A stretch of DNA of 64,000 bases from an uncultured Lishizhenia sp. (GTDB lineage: Bacteria > Bacteroidota > Bacteroidia > Flavobacteriales_D > Crocinitomicaceae). The stretch is taken from the NCBI GenBank assembly GCA_964590425.1, contig CAZPWB010000003.1, positions 5,605 through 69,604 of the forward strand, given 5' to 3'. A model generated the notes under the pieces. The model saw only the letters and a list, made by a program, of their open reading frames with translations, was not told the DNA's origin and made no database searches. Below are positions 18,932-27,569 of the stretch, piece by piece (position 1 is the first letter of the stretch; every line of letters begins with the position of its first letter). Made by a program: the position numbers and the translations under genes.

Positions 18932-19678
18932 ATGAAAAAACTCATTCTATCTTCTTTATTTACAATTGTTTACTTTGCGTCCTATGCACAGTCTTGTACA
19001 CCTGGGGCAAACTTTGTTGACTCTACTTATGGTGTTTGGCCAGATACCACCCAGAACTTTCCACAGGCAGACCCTAATGTATTTTACTCTACCGATTTGA
19101 ACTTTAAAGTTCCAGATTCCGTAACTCCTGCTATAGACCCAAGCGGTGCATTTGTGGGTTCAACTATTCAGCAGTTTACCGTTTCAAATGTTATTGGCTT
19201 ACCTCCAGGTTTTGACTACGCTTGTAACGTGAGCAATTGTACCTACCTAGGTGGCGGCAATGGTTGCGCTAATATCTACGGTACAACCGATACCATTGGT
19301 GTTTTCCCAATTTCAATTGAGGTTACGGCTACTGTATTAATTGTACTCCTTCCTGGTTTACCTCCAACACCTGTTACTCAGACAGTATCATTTGATGGTT
19401 ACCAAATTTTAGTCGGTACCAATGGAAAAATTGAAGCTGTACTCGCGCCACTTTCTATTGTTCCGAATCCAGCAACGGCGCAAGTTGCCGTAAGTGGATA
19501 TTCACCATCCTCTGAAACGACCATTAGCATTCAAGATCTTTCAGGTAAGGTACTTGAAAACAAGGCTGCCAATCAGCTTGATACAACATTTAACATTGCT
19601 GACTTGAAAAGCGGAACTTACATGATTGTCGTGAAAGATCAGTTTGGATCAAGAACTGAAAAATTCGTCAAGCTCTAA
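18932..19678 (+). CDS. T9SS type A sorting-domain protein
   Basis: Signal peptide present. The C-terminal ~80 aa (LSIVPNPATAQV...SGTYMIVVKD...KFVKL) match the Por secretion tail pattern. Confidence 0.75.
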   Translation: MKKLILSSLFTIVYFASYAQSCTPGANFVDSTYGVWPDTTQNFPQADPNVFYSTDLNFKVPDSVTPAIDPSGAFVGSTIQQFTVSNVIGLPPGFDYACNVSNCTYLGGGNGCANIYGTTDTIGVFPISIEVTATVLIVLLPGLPPTPVTQTVSFDGYQILVGTNGKIEAVLAPLSIVPNPATAQVAVSGYSPSSETTISIQDLSGKVLENKAANQLDTTFNIADLKSGTYMIVVKDQFGSRTEKFVKL

Positions 19679-19712
19679 TAAAAATTGCTTTGAATCCATT
19701 TCAAACAAAAAT

Positions 19713-19741
19713 AAAAGAGGGGGCGTTCGCCCCCTCTTTTT
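19713..19741. terminator. bidirectional intrinsic terminator between the type A cargo gene and nadD
   Basis: aaaaGAGGGGGCG tt CGCCCCCTCtttt: a perfect GC-rich inverted repeat with flanking A and T runs. Confidence 0.8.
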
Positions 19742-19762
19742 GTTTCTAATAGTTCCAAGGAT

Positions 19763-20353
19763 TCACTTGTATAAGCCGCGCTCATCGATGTATTTCAAAA
19801 CCTTTTCAGTAAGTAAAAAACTGCAATCTTGTTGTTTGGCCAGCATGGTTCTGATCATGCTTGCACTCACACTAAGTACAGGCACCTCATTGATCAGGTG
19901 AATATGAGGATGTGAAATCTGAGGGCTTTCTTGTGGTGCTTCATTTTCAACGTAGGCTCTTGGGTAAACATAAACATGGTGCTTCGCCAATATTTGCTCC
20001 CAGTTGAACCATTTATGAAAACTGCGCAAGTTATCAGCTCCCATGAGTAAACTAAAGGTATGCTGAGGATATTTCTCTACAAAATGAGTAAGTGTCGAAA
20101 TGGTATAATTTGGTTTTGGCAAATGAAATTCTAGGTCACTCACTTGCAAAAGCGGATGATCTTCTGTTGCTTCCTTAGCCATATCTAGACGGATATAATC
20201 GGCTAACAAACTCTCTTTATTTTTATGCGGATTTTGCGGCGTTACCACCAACCAAACTTGGTCAATTTCTTCAGTTTGTGCCATATAATTGGCAATAATC
20301 AAGTGCCCCACGTGAATGGGGTTGAAAGTGCCAAAATATAAACCAATCCTCAT
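19763..20353 (-). CDS. nadD: nicotinate-nucleotide adenylyltransferase
   Basis: 196 aa, GTFNPIHVGHL nucleotidyltransferase motif. TAATG junction with gmk. Confidence 0.9.
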   Translation of the reverse strand: MRIGLYFGTFNPIHVGHLIIANYMAQTEEIDQVWLVVTPQNPHKNKESLLADYIRLDMAKEATEDHPLLQVSDLEFHLPKPNYTISTLTHFVEKYPQHTFSLLMGADNLRSFHKWFNWEQILAKHHVYVYPRAYVENEAPQESPQISHPHIHLINEVPVLSVSASMIRTMLAKQQDCSFLLTEKVLKYIDERGLYK

Positions 20354-20919
20354 TAATCTAAAAATTGCTTGATTTGTTTGGCAACCTGTTCAATGGCTAA
20401 ATTGAGGTCATCATTAACTACAACCACATCAAATTCAGGAGCCCTATTAATTTCTTCCTCGGCTTTTGCCAAACGCATTTGAATTTTATCTTCAGCATCA
20501 GTCTGACGCTTTCGCAAGCGTTCAGCAAGCACAGCAATACTTGGCGGTTGAATAAAAATCGACAAACACTGTTCAGCCAACAATTCTTTGATGCGCAAAC
20601 CACCAACGACATCGACATCAAAGACCACTATCTGACCCGCTGCCCAAATTCTTTCTAATTCTTCATTGAGTGTTCCGTAGAACATGCCTGTGTAAACCTC
20701 TTCCCACTCAAAAAAAGCACCAGCAGCGATTTTTTCTTTAAAACTATCAGGGCTTAAAAAGTAGTAATGGACAGCATCTTGCTCTTCTCCTCGAGGCGGC
20801 CTTGAACAAGCTGAAATTGAAAAAGCTAACGACGGATTTTGAGCCAATAAGGCCTTCACAATGGTTGATTTACCGGCTCCGGAAGGCGCTGAAATTACGA
20901 TGCTTTTTCGTGAGTTCAT
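20353..20919 (-). CDS. gmk: guanylate kinase
   Basis: 188 aa, P-loop APSGAGKST, SCSRPPRGEE. Confidence 0.93.
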   Translation of the reverse strand: MNSRKSIVISAPSGAGKSTIVKALLAQNPSLAFSISACSRPPRGEEQDAVHYYFLSPDSFKEKIAAGAFFEWEEVYTGMFYGTLNEELERIWAAGQIVVFDVDVVGGLRIKELLAEQCLSIFIQPPSIAVLAERLRKRQTDAEDKIQMRLAKAEEEINRAPEFDVVVVNDDLNLAIEQVAKQIKQFLD

Positions 20920-20920
20920 A

Positions 20921-21817
20921 CTAGAGCGAATTGAGCACTTGTTCTTTAATTTTCTCGAGGTGATCTTTCATATCGACCACTTTGCGTTGGATTTCGGCAT
21001 GATTACATTTGCTGCCTAATGTGTTGATTTCACGACCCATTTCTTGAGCAATGAATCCTAACTTTTTACCCGATGCCTCTTGCTGCATAGTTTCAACAAA
21101 ATAATTGAGGTGCTGCAGCAAGCGTTGCTTTTCTTCGGAAATATCTAATTTTTCTACATAAAAGATCATTTCTTGCTCCAGACGATTCACGTCTATACGG
21201 GCTTCATCAATACTGGCAAGACCTTTTTGAATGCGCTCCTTCACTTGGTTAACACGCTCTTGTTCAAATGGCGCAATGGCGTCAAGATTGGTTTTAATCG
21301 CTTCAATATTTGAAACTAAATCTTGGGCTAGGGCCTTTCCTTCTTGCTTTCTGAATAACTGAAGTTGTCCGGCAGCCTCTTTGACAAGTTTCAGCACAAA
21401 CTCCATTTCTGCATCGGTAAGCGCTTCGTGTTGAACCGCTAAAACATCAGGCATTTTCAGCACCAAAGAGAGGTAATCTTGGGTTTGGCTGTCCCAAGTA
21501 TTATTGAGGGCTTTAAGCGCTTCAAAATACTGGGTGGCTAATTCTGTATTGATCAGGTTACTTACTGCCTGGTTTTGGCTTTCAATATAAATACCGAGGT
21601 CCATCTTACCGCGAAGCAGTAAATCAGAAACAATGCGTCTGATTTCGGTATCCATATCTCGATAGGCAGAAGGTATTTTGAGATTAAGGTCGAGTCCTTT
21701 GGAATTCAAGGATCTTACCTCAATAGAAATCTTTTTGTCTTGAAATTGGCCATTGGCTTTGCCAAATCCGGTCATGGATTGCAGGGCCGATTTCGAAATA
21801 TCGTATTTATTCATCAT
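20921..21817 (-). CDS. yicC: YicC family stress-induced protein
   Basis: 298 aa. SMTGFG N-terminus and C-terminal QEMGREINTLGSKCN motif. Confidence 0.88.
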   Translation of the reverse strand: MMNKYDISKSALQSMTGFGKANGQFQDKKISIEVRSLNSKGLDLNLKIPSAYRDMDTEIRRIVSDLLLRGKMDLGIYIESQNQAVSNLINTELATQYFEALKALNNTWDSQTQDYLSLVLKMPDVLAVQHEALTDAEMEFVLKLVKEAAGQLQLFRKQEGKALAQDLVSNIEAIKTNLDAIAPFEQERVNQVKERIQKGLASIDEARIDVNRLEQEMIFYVEKLDISEEKQRLLQHLNYFVETMQQEASGKKLGFIAQEMGREINTLGSKCNHAEIQRKVVDMKDHLEKIKEQVLNSL

Positions 21818-22376
21818 CTAATAGTAAATCGGCATCAATGCCTTCATTTTGCTCCTTTACAAACCAAGCAATTTCACTCATGATTTGTGCTTTTTGATCG
21901 GTTTGTGGCGCCTTTTCCTCTAAATACTCTTTGAGCAATAACTGCGCTTCAAGTAACTGGGCTTCTTCAAAAGGGCCACTCATGTTTTCAAGAATGGTCA
22001 GACAATCAAGGGCTTCAAGGTAGTCTCCTTGAGAAGCAAGCATTACAAAAAATGGCAAATGCTCATCAAATGGTAATTTTGAATTCCAAATAGCAGACAA
22101 CACCAGCTTTCTGGTATCAGCATCTGTTTCGTTTTCTAGAAAATCAATAAATGCATCAACTGCTGTGGAATCTAATATATCTGACAAGAAGCCAACGATA
22201 AGCTGTTGTTTGCTGCGCTCCGCTCCTTTCAAAGATTCAAAAACAGCATTCAAATGCTGCGCCTTGCCTTTCTCTCTGAGATAATTCAAAGCTTCAGTGA
22301 CCGACGAAACATCTTGCAAAGCTAGTTTTTGCAACATTTCTATGCTTTTCGCATCGCTTTTTTTGGCTGTACTCAT
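21807..22376 (-). CDS. hypothetical helical-repeat protein
   Basis: 189-aa ORF overlapping the yicC start by 11 nt. No diagnostic motif. Confidence 0.5.
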   Translation of the reverse strand: MSTAKKSDAKSIEMLQKLALQDVSSVTEALNYLREKGKAQHLNAVFESLKGAERSKQQLIVGFLSDILDSTAVDAFIDFLENETDADTRKLVLSAIWNSKLPFDEHLPFFVMLASQGDYLEALDCLTILENMSGPFEEAQLLEAQLLLKEYLEEKAPQTDQKAQIMSEIAWFVKEQNEGIDADLLLDDE

Positions 22377-22522
22377 GGAGCAAAGTTAAGGAATTCAAGT
22401 GCCATTTACTGAAAAGCGAGCCGCTTACTGTTACTTTATACAAAGTTTAGTGTTTATAAAATCAAGAAATTGGCCAAATCTCTGCCATAATTCCATTCAT
22501 CTTTGTAAAAATGACTGAACTC

Positions 22523-23491
22523 ATGAAAAAAACTTTAGCCCTATCCTTACTTTGCAGTGTCTTGTTCACAGCATGTGTGCCTTCTAAGAAATACAACGAA
22601 CTCTTGGAGCGCGAAAAAAGCTGCAGCGAAGAATTAGCGAAGTACAAAAAAAGTAGTACGGATTACGAAGTGCTTTCAAAAGACCTACAGTCTAAATACG
22701 ATCTTGCAGCCAAGGAGGTGAGCCGTTTACGTGGCGACACCAATCAATTGGGCAATCAAATACGTTTACTCAGCCGCGAACAAGCTACGCTTGAAGCGCA
22801 ATACGAAACACTAGAGAACTCTTTTGACAAATTAAAGAACCTCAGCGCTAAAGAAACGGCAACGCTACAAACTGAACTTGAGGCGAAAACCCGTGAGCTT
22901 CAAAGAAAGGAAGATGCACTATTGAAACTCGATGAAGAACTCAAAGTGAAGCAAGCACTTCTTGTTGAACGCGAAAAACGCGTGAATGAACTCGAAGAAG
23001 CAATCAGAAAGAAAGATGCAAAAATTCAGCTCTTGAAAGCAAGAGTAGCAAATGCCCTTAGAAACTTTGAAAATCAGGGTCTCACAGTCGTTCAAAAAAA
23101 TGGAAAAATTTACGTGAGTCTTGAAGCTAAACTGTTGTTCAATTCTGGCTCTACAAAAGTAGAAGAGGAGGGTAAAGCTGCACTCGTAGAACTTGCAAGA
23201 GTTCTTGAAACAGAACGCGATCTTGAAATTGTGGTTGAAGGACACACCGATACCGACAAACTAACTAGCAGTGTTTCTCCAAAAAACAACTGGGAACTTT
23301 CTGTACTCAGAGCAACTTCTGTTGTAGAACTCATGTTGGCTAATTCTAGCATGGCACCAACGCAAATTATGGCTGCAGGCCGCGGCGAATTTCATCCGGT
23401 TGACCCTAATGACAAAGCAAAGAACCGCAGAATTGAAATTATTATTTCGCCAAACCTCAACGAATTGTTTGAAATTATTTCAAACGATTAG
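22523..23491 (+). CDS. OmpA-family lipoprotein with long coiled coil
   Basis: MKKTLALSLLCSVLFTAC lipobox from ATG 22523. C-terminal OmpA-like VEGHTDTDKL...NWELSVLRA...NRRIEIII. Confidence 0.8.
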   Translation: MKKTLALSLLCSVLFTACVPSKKYNELLEREKSCSEELAKYKKSSTDYEVLSKDLQSKYDLAAKEVSRLRGDTNQLGNQIRLLSREQATLEAQYETLENSFDKLKNLSAKETATLQTELEAKTRELQRKEDALLKLDEELKVKQALLVEREKRVNELEEAIRKKDAKIQLLKARVANALRNFENQGLTVVQKNGKIYVSLEAKLLFNSGSTKVEEEGKAALVELARVLETERDLEIVVEGHTDTDKLTSSVSPKNNWELSVLRATSVVELMLANSSMAPTQIMAAGRGEFHPVDPNDKAKNRRIEIIISPNLNELFEIISND

Positions 23492-23492
23492 T

Positions 23493-25871
23493 TTAGCGAA
23501 TGACATTGACATGGCCTGAAAGGTCTTTGTAAATGCCTTTTTCGATTTCATAGACCAAATACCATGTGTAGGTTCCCACTTGCACTGGTAGCCCTTCATA
23601 GGTGCCGTCCCAAACAAAGTTGAGATTTGTTGAACTGAACACTTCTTCACCCCAACGATTGAATATATAGAACCTTGCACTCATGAGGCCAATAAAGCGA
23701 CCAAAGAAGTAGTCGTTGAGCCCATCGGCATCAGGTGTAAAAGAATTGGGTAAGTAAATATAGCGCTCAGGAGCGATCGTGATCCATTTCGAAATGCTGT
23801 CAATACAACCTTTTTGGTCAGTGGCAATGAGCGTAATCTCATAGGGGCCAGGTTGTAAATAAGTGTGGTTCGGATGTACTAAAAAAGAAGTGGAGCCATC
23901 GCCAAACTCCCAAGTGTATGTCCAGGCATTTTGGGACGCATTTTCAAATTGCACAAGCAAACCCTGCATAGGTTCTTCAGTAACAAAATAGAAATTTGCC
24001 TGTGGCTTCACCACTTGGACATAAGCAACTGCCCCAACCGAAAAGGTTTGACATTCGTCACTGACCTGCACAAAATAAGCTGTTGAAGTCGAAGGGTTCA
24101 CGGTAATTGTTTGGGTTGTCGCCTGATTGGACCACAAATAATAATAAGACCCATAACCCCCTGTTGCACTCACACTAAGTGTAACGGTATCGGCTGGACA
24201 AATCTCAAATGGGCCATTCGTTTGCGCAATGAGTGGCGGGCTCAGTATTGTGTATAAAATTGAATCTTGGGCAGATGTGCCACAGTTATCAGTGACTACA
24301 ACTTGATAAGTAGTGCTAGAACCAGGATTGGCTAATATAGAATCAGTGACACCTACTGTAGCATTATTTACTGTCCAAACATAAGTGTACTGACCAGCGC
24401 CTCCGGTTGCTGAAACCCCAAGCATGGTTTCTATATAGGGACAAATTTCAGTGAGGTCCGGACTCATTTGCAAACTCAGTGGTTGGAATACGGGAACCAC
24501 TACATCAATTGTGTCATAAGCTGGGCCACTGCCGCAAGCATCTGTGACAGATACCCAAATTGAAGTGGTGGTAGTAGGTGTAAATGTAAAAGTTTGGCCC
24601 GTTTGGCCATTACTCCAGGCATAGGTTAGCGGTTGTACACCACCAAGTACAGCACAATTTATTGTGACAGGGTCGCCTGGACATACTACTAAATTGCTAC
24701 TGAGCGTGACCTCCATTGGTTGATTGTCTTGAATGAAGAGTTCAAGTACCAAAGGAGTAATATTTCCGCAAGGGTCAGCGATAGGAAAAGTAAGCGTCAA
24801 AGTTTCAAGCCCTTCAATTTGAGCATCTATGGCCGTCTGAATATTAAAACTTACAGTTGTTTGACCCGCCTGAAAAGTAACGGAGGCAGGCACACCAGAA
24901 AAATCTTGGCCGTTGGTGGCTGTACCTGAAAGTTGAACGGGAATGGTTAGGGTCTGATTAAGATTGGTCTGTCTTTCAAGGGTGACCTCAGCACTGACAC
25001 AACCCTCAGCCATCCAAGCTGGATTTGCAAATACTTGCTGTGACAACGTGTAGTCAATTTCAACAGGCGTTAAGGTAGATAACGAATTGGCTTCTAGAAA
25101 AATACCTGAATCCCATTGACCATCACCGACATCTGCAATTGCTATAATGAGGTGATATGTTTGACCGCATTGCACTTGCGATACAGCCTCTAGCACTTTT
25201 GTGAAACCATCATATTGAATGTATTGTGCACTCTGGTTATAAGGTGCTGTGTTGCCATCCCCGTTATTGACGAAATAAAAAGGGTTAGTGATGGCATTTA
25301 CATTATTGATCGAGACTACAGCTCCATTGGGTAATTTGGCCATATTTTGAAAACCGCTGATGCCGGGCCCAGAGATGAAGAATCCAAAAACATCATTGTA
25401 GGTAGTGTTATTTGGTGGGGCAAACTCTGGATATTCGTCAGAGCCAAAAACGTACTTAAAACGAATGGTATCGGCGTACGGCACAAAGTCAAATTCTAAA
25501 ATCGCAGCATTATAGGTTTGGGTGCCGCCTATGACCTGAGAAAGCAAAGGGAAACCTCCCATGCTGTTATCGATACCCGAACTAGGTTGGTCATTGGGGC
25601 CATGCGGCCCATCACCGTTGGGTAAGGTTGTTCCCGTGGTCATGACAATACCACTGCTGATACCGAGATTGGTGTTGGCCGCAGTAAATTGACCAATGGC
25701 TACTGGGCTACCGTTGTAAGTTACATTTGAAACCGTAACACCATTTCCGAGGAGGATGTTTTGAACCAAACCCTGCGGATTCAAGGAATTATTGGTAACG
25801 AGCTGTGCCCTTAACGCTGAGAACAGAGCAAGACTGAAAAGTATAAAGAAGATATTCTTTTGGCGAAGCAT
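23493..25871 (-). CDS. choice-of-anchor-L-like / Calx-beta / PKD protein with T9SS type B C-terminal domain
   Basis: 792 aa. N-terminal LVQNILLGNGVTVSNVTYNGSPVAIGQF. Calx-beta-like LSGTATNGQDFSGVPASVTF. PKD motif WEFGDGS. C-terminal FTPDADGLNDYF...IFNRWGEEVF...VWDGTYEG. Confidence 0.8.
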   Translation of the reverse strand: MLRQKNIFFILFSLALFSALRAQLVTNNSLNPQGLVQNILLGNGVTVSNVTYNGSPVAIGQFTAANTNLGISSGIVMTTGTTLPNGDGPHGPNDQPSSGIDNSMGGFPLLSQVIGGTQTYNAAILEFDFVPYADTIRFKYVFGSDEYPEFAPPNNTTYNDVFGFFISGPGISGFQNMAKLPNGAVVSINNVNAITNPFYFVNNGDGNTAPYNQSAQYIQYDGFTKVLEAVSQVQCGQTYHLIIAIADVGDGQWDSGIFLEANSLSTLTPVEIDYTLSQQVFANPAWMAEGCVSAEVTLERQTNLNQTLTIPVQLSGTATNGQDFSGVPASVTFQAGQTTVSFNIQTAIDAQIEGLETLTLTFPIADPCGNITPLVLELFIQDNQPMEVTLSSNLVVCPGDPVTINCAVLGGVQPLTYAWSNGQTGQTFTFTPTTTTSIWVSVTDACGSGPAYDTIDVVVPVFQPLSLQMSPDLTEICPYIETMLGVSATGGAGQYTYVWTVNNATVGVTDSILANPGSSTTYQVVVTDNCGTSAQDSILYTILSPPLIAQTNGPFEICPADTVTLSVSATGGYGSYYYLWSNQATTQTITVNPSTSTAYFVQVSDECQTFSVGAVAYVQVVKPQANFYFVTEEPMQGLLVQFENASQNAWTYTWEFGDGSTSFLVHPNHTYLQPGPYEITLIATDQKGCIDSISKWITIAPERYIYLPNSFTPDADGLNDYFFGRFIGLMSARFYIFNRWGEEVFSSTNLNFVWDGTYEGLPVQVGTYTWYLVYEIEKGIYKDLSGHVNVIR

Positions 25872-25927
25872 CTCAATAACTACGTAAATTCTCAGAATTC
25901 GTTGTCTAAAACGGCACTTTTTTACAT

Positions 25928-25954
25928 AAAAAAAGGATGCCGAAGCATCCTTTT
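25928..25954 (-). terminator. intrinsic terminator after the YceI-operon membrane gene
   Basis: Plus strand reads aaaaaaaGGATGC cgaa GCATCCtttt. On the minus strand the stem is followed by a 7-T run, 23 nt after the stop at 25977. Confidence 0.7.
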
Positions 25955-25976
25955 CAAGTATTGTGCCAAACTTGGC

Positions 25977-26369
25977 TTATTTTTTATCAAATAATGGCTT
26001 TAAAACATACCAAGCTAGGAATGGAAAAAAATGCATCGGCATAGCGTATCCATAAAAGATAAACTGGTGGAGTTCGCTAGAATTATCTGTGAAGGTAAAG
26101 CCTAAAACACCGATCAAACTTGCCGTACTAATTCCGGCAAAAATGAGAGCAAAAATGAACTCGCCAAAAGATGGAATAAATTTAGTGAGTAGCCAATGCC
26201 CAAGTGTGGCAAAAATGGTGCCGACTAAACAAGAGATAAAGATAGCAGGCGTCGGAACTACATTTGAATAATCTTCAAATAATTGTTGTTCAAATTGTTC
26301 TCCGTAAAAATAGGAAACCCCTCCTGCCAACAGACCTGAGGCTAAGGCCCAAATTACTTTTTTTACCAT
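25977..26369 (-). CDS. hypothetical integral membrane protein
   Basis: 130 aa with about 4 hydrophobic segments. Lies 3 nt downstream of the YceI paralogs. Confidence 0.5.
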   Translation of the reverse strand: MVKKVIWALASGLLAGGVSYFYGEQFEQQLFEDYSNVVPTPAIFISCLVGTIFATLGHWLLTKFIPSFGEFIFALIFAGISTASLIGVLGFTFTDNSSELHQFIFYGYAMPMHFFPFLAWYVLKPLFDKK

Positions 26370-26372
26370 TTT

Positions 26373-26894
26373 TTATTTTTTTATTACTGGAATAGTTGCC
26401 GTGATTTTAATGTTGTCAGCGACACCGGCGTTTTTCTTTCCGACACCAAAATCGTTGCGATTCACACTAAATTTAGCAATAAAAGTACCTTTTGTGCCTT
26501 TTTTTGTAAAAGTAAATGGAATGGTAACCTCTTTGGATTCGCCTTTGATTTGTAGTTTACCGATCGCTTTGTAACCTTCAGGAGTCTTTTCAATACGGCT
26601 CGAATTGAATTCGATATATGGGTATTTCTCGGCATCAAACCACTCCTCTGCACGTGCATGCTTGTTTTGCAAGCCATTCCCTGTGTTGATCGACGCAACC
26701 TTGATTTTAAAACTCAATTTTGATTGCGCAAGGTTCGCTTCATTAAAAACAAGCGAGGTTGCTGTTAACTCATCAAAATTTCCGCTTACATCGGGGTTGC
26801 TAAATACGACCTTATAACCTTCAGCAATTTTGTATTGCTGTGCGGTTGAAGAAAGTGCAAGACTAACGAAAAAGAAGAACAGTAATTTTTTCAT
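26373..26894 (-). CDS. YceI family protein
   Basis: 173 aa with a signal peptide. Lipocalin-like YceI pattern, including ...KFSVNRNDFGVG. Confidence 0.78.
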   Translation of the reverse strand: MKKLLFFFFVSLALSSTAQQYKIAEGYKVVFSNPDVSGNFDELTATSLVFNEANLAQSKLSFKIKVASINTGNGLQNKHARAEEWFDAEKYPYIEFNSSRIEKTPEGYKAIGKLQIKGESKEVTIPFTFTKKGTKGTFIAKFSVNRNDFGVGKKNAGVADNIKITATIPVIKK

Positions 26895-26899
26895 AGAAA

Positions 26900-27472
26900 T
26901 TAGTTTTTAACTACTTCTAGGTCTGCTTGTAATTTCACTTCGTCAGATAGGCCTGGGCTAACCTGACCCATTCCAAACTCTGATCTTTTTACAACACCAC
27001 TAACTTGTAAACCTGCTACTGCAGCACCTTGGTAATTTTTGCTGTTACCAGTATGAACACCATTGAAAACAACTTTCTTAGTGGTACCGTGCATGGTTAA
27101 TTCACCTTCGATAGCGTAAGTTCCTTTTGTTTTTGTTTCTTTTACAGATGTGCTTTTAAAGCTGATCGCAGGGAATTTATCTGCATCAAAACAATCTGCT
27201 GTGCGCAAGTGGTTGTCACGTGCTTCAATACCTGTGTTAACTGATCCTGCTTCTGCATTTAAAGTGATGGTTGCACCGTTGAAATCGTCGTTTGGAGTAG
27301 AGACTTCCATAGTGAACTTTGTAAAGTTTCCGTGAACTTGTGTGATGCCGTTATGAGTTACTGTGAAACCCAAACGCGAATGTGCGCCATCCAAAGACCA
27401 AAGACCTGCAGAAGTTGCAACAAATGAAAACAAGGCAAATGCGCCTAATAAACCGACAAATAAATTTTTCAT
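26900..27472 (-). CDS. YceI family protein
   Basis: 190 aa with a signal peptide. DGAHSRLGFTVTHNGITQVHGNF and KRSEFGMG motifs. Tandem paralog of 26373..26894. Confidence 0.82.
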   Translation of the reverse strand: MKNLFVGLLGAFALFSFVATSAGLWSLDGAHSRLGFTVTHNGITQVHGNFTKFTMEVSTPNDDFNGATITLNAEAGSVNTGIEARDNHLRTADCFDADKFPAISFKSTSVKETKTKGTYAIEGELTMHGTTKKVVFNGVHTGNSKNYQGAAVAGLQVSGVVKRSEFGMGQVSPGLSDEVKLQADLEVVKN

Positions 27473-27502
27473 GTTTTTAAATTTTAGTGATTAATAGATA
27501 AA

Positions 27503-27510
27503 CAAAATTA
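27503..27510 (-). promoter_or_regulatory. TAnnTTTG -7 box (TAATTTTG) upstream of the YceI operon
   Basis: Plus strand caaaatta, 30 nt upstream of ATG 27472. Confidence 0.4.
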
Positions 27511-27569
27511 ATGCTGCAAAGTTGCGTGCTATTGCACAAAATTCTGTTGATGTAGGTCAAGGAATTCAG

